A stretch of DNA of 44,574 nt from assembly GCA_035639575.1 (NCBI GenBank), contig DASQXT010000457.1, positions 1 to 44,574 on the forward strand, read 5' to 3'. Below, in pieces: positions 40,202 to 44,574 of this stretch (positions within the stretch are counted from its first letter, which is position 1; each line of letters begins with the position of its first letter). The notes under the pieces were generated by a model. That model had not been told where the DNA came from. It worked only from the letters and a program-made list of their open reading frames with translations, and searched no databases. The DNA comes from Geodermatophilus sp. Lineage in GTDB: Bacteria > Actinomycetota > Actinomycetes > Mycobacteriales > Geodermatophilaceae. Made by a program: the position numbers and the translations under genes.

Positions 40202-41793
40202 GACTTCACACCGCTCTCGCTCAGCCAGCCGCGCAGCATGGCGGCCACCTCATCCGGCTTCTCACTGACCATCGTGGAGATCTCGCCGCGGACCCGGGCC
40301 CGCTCGGCGGCCTCCAGCTCGCGGGTGGCGTCGTCGACGGCCGGCATGGCCCGCGTGCTCTCGATGCGGATCCGGTCGAGCTCGGCCATCACGTCGTCGG
40401 CGAGCTCCAGCGCCTCGTAGTCCTCCTCCTCGTCGTCCTGCTTGCGCCGCGAGCGCAGCCAGACGACGAGGACGAGCAGGGCGATGCCCAGGGCGATGCC
40501 GCCGGTGCGGATCAGCGACCACATCTGGGCCTGCTTCTCGGCCTCCTGGGCGGCCTGGAGCTCGGCGGCGGCGGCGTCGGCGGCGGTCGTGTCGAAGGCC
40601 ATGGAGGCGACGGTGATGTCGTCCCCGCGGGCGACGTCCAGGCCCACGGCGTTGCCGACGAGCTGCTGGATCTGCGCCTGGTTCAGGTTGCCGGCGACGG
40701 TGTCGTCCATGACGACGGAGACGGTGAGCCGGTTGATCCGCCCGGGCGCGCCCTCGACGGTCTCCGTCGTCGTGCCGACGGCGTTGTTCGCGGTCGTGGA
40801 CTCCTTGTTGTACGTGGAGTCCCCGGTGCCGGCCCCGGCGTCGGCCTGGTTCTCCGGGCCGAGGATGCCGCCGACCGCGGCGCCGTTGCCGGTGTACTGC
40901 TCGGTCGTCGTGCTCTCCGAGATGGGCGGGGTGCCCTGCTCGTAGGTGTGCGTCTCCGAGGTGGTGCTCCGCTGGTCGAGGTCCACGTCGGCCCGGACCG
41001 ACACCTTGGCGCGGCCGGGGCCGAGGATGGGGTCGAGGACGGCCTGCGCGTTGGCGGCCAGCCGGTCCTCGTAGTCCTGCTCCAGCTGCGAGCGGGCGTC
41101 GCCGGCCGCGGTGGTCACGCCCTGGCCGGGCGCCGACAGCACCGTGCCGGTGGCGTCGGCGACGGTGACCTGGTCGGGGTCCATGCCCTCGATGCTCGAC
41201 GAGACCAGGTTGGTCACCGCCTGCACCTGGCCGCTGTCCAGGGTGGTGCCCGGCGCCAGGTCGAGCAGCACCGAGGCGGTGGGCTCGGCCTCGTCGGAGG
41301 CGAACACCTCCTCCTCGGGCAGGGCCACGTGGACGACGGCGGTGCGCACCCCCTCCAGCGCCTCCAGGGTGGCCGACAGCTCGTCCTGCAGGGCCCGCTG
41401 GTAGGTGACCTGCTGCTGGAACTCGCTGGTGGTGATGCCCTGCTCGTCGAGCAGCGCGTACCCGGTGTCGTTGCCCGCGGGCAGGCCCTTGCCGCTCATC
41501 GACAGCCGCAGGTCGTAGACCTGCTCGTTCGGGACCATGATCGTCCCGCCGCCGTCGGCGAGCTCGTAGGAGACGCCGGCCGCGTTGAGCTCGTCGACGA
41601 TCGCCGACGCGTCGGTCGACGCCAGGTTCGAGAACAGCGGGGCGTAGGTGGGGGCCGTGATCCACCGGTAGAAGAAGAACCCGCCGAGGACCAGCCCGAG
41701 ACCGAGCAGGCCGATGACGACCTTCTGGCCGAGGCTGATCGTGGAGAGCGCGGAGCGGATCCGCTCCAGCGGCCCGGCGAGGGCAGCAGGCAT
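40198..41793 (-). CDS. fliF: Flagellar MS-ring protein FliF
   Basis: Two TM helices, YAPLFSNL, TTSEFQQQVTYQRALQDEL and TASVLL motifs. Confidence 0.95.
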   Translation of the reverse strand: MPAALAGPLERIRSALSTISLGQKVVIGLLGLGLVLGGFFFYRWITAPTYAPLFSNLASTDASAIVDELNAAGVSYELADGGGTIMVPNEQVYDLRLSMSGKGLPAGNDTGYALLDEQGITTSEFQQQVTYQRALQDELSATLEALEGVRTAVVHVALPEEEVFASDEAEPTASVLLDLAPGTTLDSGQVQAVTNLVSSSIEGMDPDQVTVADATGTVLSAPGQGVTTAAGDARSQLEQDYEDRLAANAQAVLDPILGPGRAKVSVRADVDLDQRSTTSETHTYEQGTPPISESTTTEQYTGNGAAVGGILGPENQADAGAGTGDSTYNKESTTANNAVGTTTETVEGAPGRINRLTVSVVMDDTVAGNLNQAQIQQLVGNAVGLDVARGDDITVASMAFDTTAADAAAAELQAAQEAEKQAQMWSLIRTGGIALGIALLVLVVWLRSRRKQDDEEEDYEALELADDVMAELDRIRIESTRAMPAVDDATRELEAAERARVRGEISTMVSEKPDEVAAMLRGWLSESGVKS

Positions 41794-42122
41794 CAGACCG
41801 GCATCCTCATGATCTCGGTGAAGGCCTCGACGGCCTTGTTCTTGATGGTCACGACCATGTCGGTGGCGAGCTTGGCCTCGTTGGCCGCGATCATGTAGTC
41901 GTGCACGTCACGCAGGTCGCCGGTGGCGGCCTGGACGGCGAGGCCGTCGGAGGTCGACTGCTTGGCCTGCAGCTCCTCCAGCGAGGACACCAGGGCCGAG
42001 GCGAAGCCGTCGCCGCCGGCCGCGGTGGTCTGCGGAACGTCCGGAGTGGCCGCCGCGCCGGTGACCCCGGACAGGCCGGTGATCGCCGTGGGGAACGAGA
42101 TGCCGCCGATCGGCGAGGTCAT
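41793..42122 (-). CDS. fliE: Flagellar hook-basal body protein FliE
   Basis: DVHDYMIAANEA...KNKAVEAFTEIMRMPV. Start at ATG 42122. Confidence 0.93.
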   Translation of the reverse strand: MTSPIGGISFPTAITGLSGVTGAAATPDVPQTTAAGGDGFASALVSSLEELQAKQSTSDGLAVQAATGDLRDVHDYMIAANEAKLATDMVVTIKNKAVEAFTEIMRMPV

Positions 42123-42199
42123 GCCCCCTCCTCGCTGGCGCTCGTCGGGCGCATGCCCTGAGGTGCTCTGTTCATCCGTGTCCTCGCAAGCTCGGCCAC
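42119..42199 (-). repeat. MIRU-like intercistronic module 4 (flgC/fliE); mini-ORF MAELARTRMNRAPQGMRPTSASEEGA
   Basis: 81 nt. GTG lies 3 nt after the flgC stop and its TGA overlaps the fliE ATG. Confidence 0.88.
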
Positions 42200-42202
42200 C
42201 GA

Positions 42203-42607
42203 TCAGCCCTTCCCGAGCTGGAGTGCGGCCTGGTAGGCGGTGGTGGCCCGCTCGACGACGGCGAGGTTCGCCTGGTAGCCGCGCTGCGCCATGATCAGCT
42301 GGGTCATCTGGTCGCCCAGGTCGATGTCCGGGTACTTCACGTAGCCGTTGGCGTCGGCGAGCGGGTGGTCCGGCTCGTAGACCATCCGGCCCTCCGCGCT
42401 GCCGTACTCGGCCCGGGCCACGCGGACGCCGCCCTCGCCGGAGCCGTAGTCGACGGCCTGCGCCACGATCAGCCGCTCCTGGAACGCGTCCTGGTCGGTC
42501 GAGGTGACGTTGTTGATGTTGGCGATGTTGTCCGAGACGGCGTCCAGCCACTTGCGGTGGACGAGCAGCCCGGAGCCGGAGATGCCGAGCGAGTCGAAGG
42601 TGCTCAT
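42203..42607 (-). CDS. flgC: Flagellar rod protein FlgC
   Basis: DNIANIN, YEPDHPLADANGYVKYP and AQRGYQAN motifs. Confidence 0.95.
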   Translation of the reverse strand: MSTFDSLGISGSGLLVHRKWLDAVSDNIANINNVTSTDQDAFQERLIVAQAVDYGSGEGGVRVARAEYGSAEGRMVYEPDHPLADANGYVKYPDIDLGDQMTQLIMAQRGYQANLAVVERATTAYQAALQLGKG

Positions 42608-42684
42608 GCCCCCTCCTCGCTGGCGCCCGTCAGTGGCATGCGCACGGTGGCTCCGTTCATCGGTTCGCTCGCGAGCTCGCTCAC
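42604..42684 (-). repeat. MIRU-like intercistronic module 5 (flgB/flgC); mini-ORF MSELASEPMNGATVRMPLTGASEEGA
   Basis: 81 nt. GTG lies 2 nt after the flgB stop and its TGA overlaps the flgC ATG. Confidence 0.9.
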
Positions 42685-42686
42685 GG

Positions 42687-43034
42687 TCAGGCCGTCCGCA
42701 GGGCGGTGCGCAGGACGTCGTACTTGCCGCCGAGGGCGTTGAGCGCCAGCTGGTAGCGCAGCCCCGTCTCGGTGGCGATGACGGTCTCGGCGTCGAGGTT
42801 CACGTTGTTCCCGTCCATCCGGGTCGGCTCCAGGGAGCGGCGGACCGTGCCGGTCGTGGCGGTCGGCGTCTGACCGCCCGCGAGAGCGCCACGCAGGCCG
42901 GTCTCGAAGTCGACGCGGCCGGCGAGGAAGCCGGGGGTCTGCAGGTTCGCGATGTTGTCGGCGGTGACCCGCTGGCGCTGGGCGAGCCCGGTCAGGGCGG
43001 AGTGCAGGGCCGACGAGGTGACGTCGCCGATCAC
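42687..43034 (-). CDS. flgB: Flagellar rod protein FlgB
   Basis: RQRVTADNIANLQTPGF and RMDGNNVNLDAE motifs. GAGGA SD before GTG 43034. Confidence 0.93.
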   Translation of the reverse strand: MIGDVTSSALHSALTGLAQRQRVTADNIANLQTPGFLAGRVDFETGLRGALAGGQTPTATTGTVRRSLEPTRMDGNNVNLDAETVIATETGLRYQLALNALGGKYDVLRTALRTA

Positions 43035-43155
43035 CGGGGGGTTCCTCGGGCAGGGCAGCAGGACACGATCGGCCTCCGGGTACGCAGGAGACACTCGCGA
43101 GCGAGTGAGTGGTTCGCCGATCCGTGGCGAGAGGTGCGCTTTCCGTGCTCTGCAC

Positions 43156-43183
43156 TCATCGGCACGGCCCGGCGGGCCCCTGA
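43156..43183 (-). promoter_or_regulatory. Sigma-28-type promoter for the flgB operon
   Basis: TCAG-N16-GCCGATGA about 120 nt upstream of flgB. Confidence 0.7.
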
Positions 43184-43292
43184 CCGACCGGGTCCCACGG
43201 GAGTGGTGCGAGTACGCCGGTGGTGTGGCCGTGCCGACTGTGACTCGCGGTGCGTTCCGGACCTCGCGAGGCACGTCCGACCCCAGGGACGA

Positions 43293-43335
43293 CGAAGCCC
43301 CCCGCGGCGCCGGTGTCGGCGCCCGGGGGGCTTCG
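43293..43335 (-). terminator. Intrinsic terminator-like hairpin after the fliS operon
   Basis: CGAAGCCCCCCG / CGGGGGGCTTCG arms, with a pyrimidine-rich tail on the minus strand. Confidence 0.65.
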
Positions 43336-43341
43336 GTAGGA

Positions 43342-43395
43342 GGACCCCGTCCTCCCCACCCCTCGCGAGCTCGGGGCGGGACCCTGGACGGGGCC
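43342..43395 (-). repeat. REP-like palindrome, copy D (opposite orientation to copies A-C)
   Basis: Minus strand reads GGCCCCGTCC-AGGGT-CCCGCCCC-GAGCTCGCGA-GGGGTGGG-GA-GGACGGGGTCC. Confidence 0.82.
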
Positions 43396-43399
43396 GGGG

Positions 43400-43759
43400 C
43401 TAGAGGGCCCGGTCGATGTAGGAGGGGACGGGGCGGGGCGGGCCGTAGGACATCCGGGCGGCGACGTCGCGCTGCCGCCGGGACTGGATGATCCGCTCGA
43501 CCAGCTCCTCGGCGACGGCCAGCTGGTGCTGCAGCAGCCGGGCGGCGCGCTCGCGGAGGTCCTCGGGCACCGGGCCCAGGGACGGCGAGGGCGGGACCCA
43601 GTCCGCGGCCCGGCGTCCCCAGGCGGCGATCAAGTCCTCGCGGTCGGACCGGAGGGTGGACTCGGCGGCCAGCACCTCGCCCTCGAGCTCGTCGAGGACG
43701 GTGGCCCAGTCGCGGGACGTGTCCCCGCCCCCGGCCGCCGCGGGGCGACCGGGAGTCAT
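43400..43759 (-). CDS. Conserved actinobacterial flagellar hypothetical protein in the fliT position
   Basis: ATGA overlap with fliS. WATVLDELE, WVPP..LGPVP..LRERA and PSYIDRAL segments. Confidence 0.7.
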   Translation of the reverse strand: MTPGRPAAAGGGDTSRDWATVLDELEGEVLAAESTLRSDREDLIAAWGRRAADWVPPSPSLGPVPEDLRERAARLLQHQLAVAEELVERIIQSRRQRDVAARMSYGPPRPVPSYIDRAL

Positions 43760-44142
43760 GTGCCGGAGGTGGCGAGGGTGGCGGCGGCCTGCCGCCACGC
43801 GTCGCGCAGCGGCTCGGCGATCTGCCGGCAGGCGGCGACGCGGTTGCGGTCGCGCTTGACGCCGGCCTGCACCAGCTCGGTGATCATCCAGCTGTAGAGC
43901 GCGGCCAGCCGCGGTCCGCCCTCCCAGGCGTCCACCCGCAGGCTCTCGCGGAGCTCGAAGACGATGTCCTGCGCGTGCTGGATCTGCGCGGCGGCCTCGG
44001 TGCGGTCCCCGGTGTCGAGGGCCATCTCGGCGCGCTCGAGGTCGAGCACGAGCCGGTCGTAGAGCATCACGAGGATCCGCTGGGGGGACGCCGTCGCGAC
44101 CGAGTCGCCGAGGTAGCGGGAACGGAGGGAGGCGGTGCTCAT
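43756..44142 (-). CDS. fliS: Flagellin chaperone FliS
   Basis: YLGDSVATASPQRILVMLYD, AQDIVFEL and LRDAW motifs. Confidence 0.93.
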   Translation of the reverse strand: MSTASLRSRYLGDSVATASPQRILVMLYDRLVLDLERAEMALDTGDRTEAAAQIQHAQDIVFELRESLRVDAWEGGPRLAALYSWMITELVQAGVKRDRNRVAACRQIAEPLRDAWRQAAATLATSGT

Positions 44143-44179
44143 CAGGCGTTCTCCTGGGGGAAGCGGGGGAGTACTAGGA

Positions 44180-44206
44180 GGATCGGCCGCGCGGGCCTCG
44201 TCTTCA
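44180..44206 (-). promoter_or_regulatory. Possible sigma-28-type promoter for fliS
   Basis: TGAA-N15-GCCGATCC, overlapping the fliD stop. Confidence 0.45.
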
Positions 44207-44449
44207 GCCGGACAGCGAACCGAGCTGTCCGGCCAGCCAGCTGGACTGGTTCTTCAGCGAGCTCAGCGCCGTCTCCATGGCGGTGAACTGGCGGGTCAGC
44301 GTCTCCTTGCGGGTGGCCAGGCGCAGGTCCCAGTCCGCGATCCGCGACTTGAAGTCGTTGACCAGGGTCTCCCGGCCCTGCGCGAGCAGGGTCAGCGTGC
44401 CCGTGGTCGCGTTGGTCGTCCGCTTGGTGAGCGCCTCCAGGCGCTGACC
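44204..44449 (-). CDS. fliD: Flagellar cap protein FliD, 3' fragment only
   Basis: Hand translation: GQRLEALTKRTTNATTGTLTLLAQGRETLVNDFKSRIADWDLRLATRKETLTRQFTAMETALSSLKNQSSWLAGQLGSLSG*. Directly upstream of fliS. Confidence 0.85.
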   Translation of the reverse strand, partial: GQRLEALTKRTTNATTGTLTLLAQGRETLVNDFKSRIADWDLRLATRKETLTRQFTAMETALSSLKNQSSWLAGQLGSLSG

Positions 44450-44574
44450 ACGCAGACGACGAACTCGACCACGGGCACGCTGACCCTGCTCGCGCAGGGC
44501 AGGGACGACCTGGTCAAGGACTTCGAGTCCCGGATCGCGGACTGGGACCTGCGCCTGGCCGCCCGCAAGGAGAC
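44441..44574 (+). other. Second, diverged fliD 3' fragment in inverted orientation
   Basis: ALTTQTTNSTTGTLTLLAQGRDDLVKDFESRIADWDLRLAARKE. It is an inverted copy of 44301-44434 with 13 mismatches in 134 nt (hand count). Confidence 0.8.

Noticed and set aside
26485-42684. Conserved-variable-conserved modules read as CRISPR repeat-spacer units
   Set aside because: The two conserved ends differ from each other, the copies are dispersed singly at gene junctions, part of the variable core pairs with local sequence, and no cas genes are in the window.
32412-43034. Absence of flgF, flgG, flgH, flgI and flgJ
   Set aside because: L and P rings are not expected in a monoderm, a reduced rod is already reported for flagellated Actinomycetia, and the cluster is cut by the window edge.
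43035-43290. A c-di-GMP riboswitch upstream of flgB
   Set aside because: I could not find the GEMM consensus features by eye. An Infernal search would be needed to exclude it.

Overview
Very GC-rich actinobacterial DNA, most likely Geodermatophilaceae (inferred from the mycothiol genes, the greA-mca-yyaL-hemolysin III-isoprenyl transferase-phoH2 gene order and an actinobacterial-type flagellar cluster). About 1-18.5 kb is housekeeping: a partial AAA ATPase, ilvA, a DrrAB-type ABC exporter, dcp, an RNHCP protein, greA, mca, yyaL, an MDMPI protein, a geranylgeranyl reductase, hemolysin III, a cis-prenyltransferase, a DUF885-like protein and phoH2. At 18.5-19.6 kb an AbiEi/DUF559-like gene is bracketed by related palindromes. 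From 19.6 kb to the end is a minus-strand flagellar cluster running from the fliD 3' end and fliS through flgBC, fliEFGHIJ, NlpC-SLT, fliK, flgDE, flbD, motAB, fliLMNOPQR and flhBA to an flhF-like gene. The most striking structure is intergenic. Five flagellar gene junctions each hold an 81-nt module that reads as a 26-codon mini-ORF (M-S-E-L-A-S...T-S-A-S-E-E-x-x), starts at or just after the upstream stop and ends overlapping the downstream start. Each module has conserved ends, a variable core of fixed length and two covarying tandem-GA hairpins, which is MIRU-like. A related 84-nt in-frame insert between 8-nt direct repeats sits in fliH. Also present are a 4-copy ~55-nt palindrome family sharing the same apex motif, a 2-copy ~105-nt structured repeat with GGA loops, several sigma-28-type promoters, and an inverted, diverged duplicate of the fliD 3' end at the window edge that may be an assembly chimera. 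All alignments and pairings were done by eye and no database search was run.
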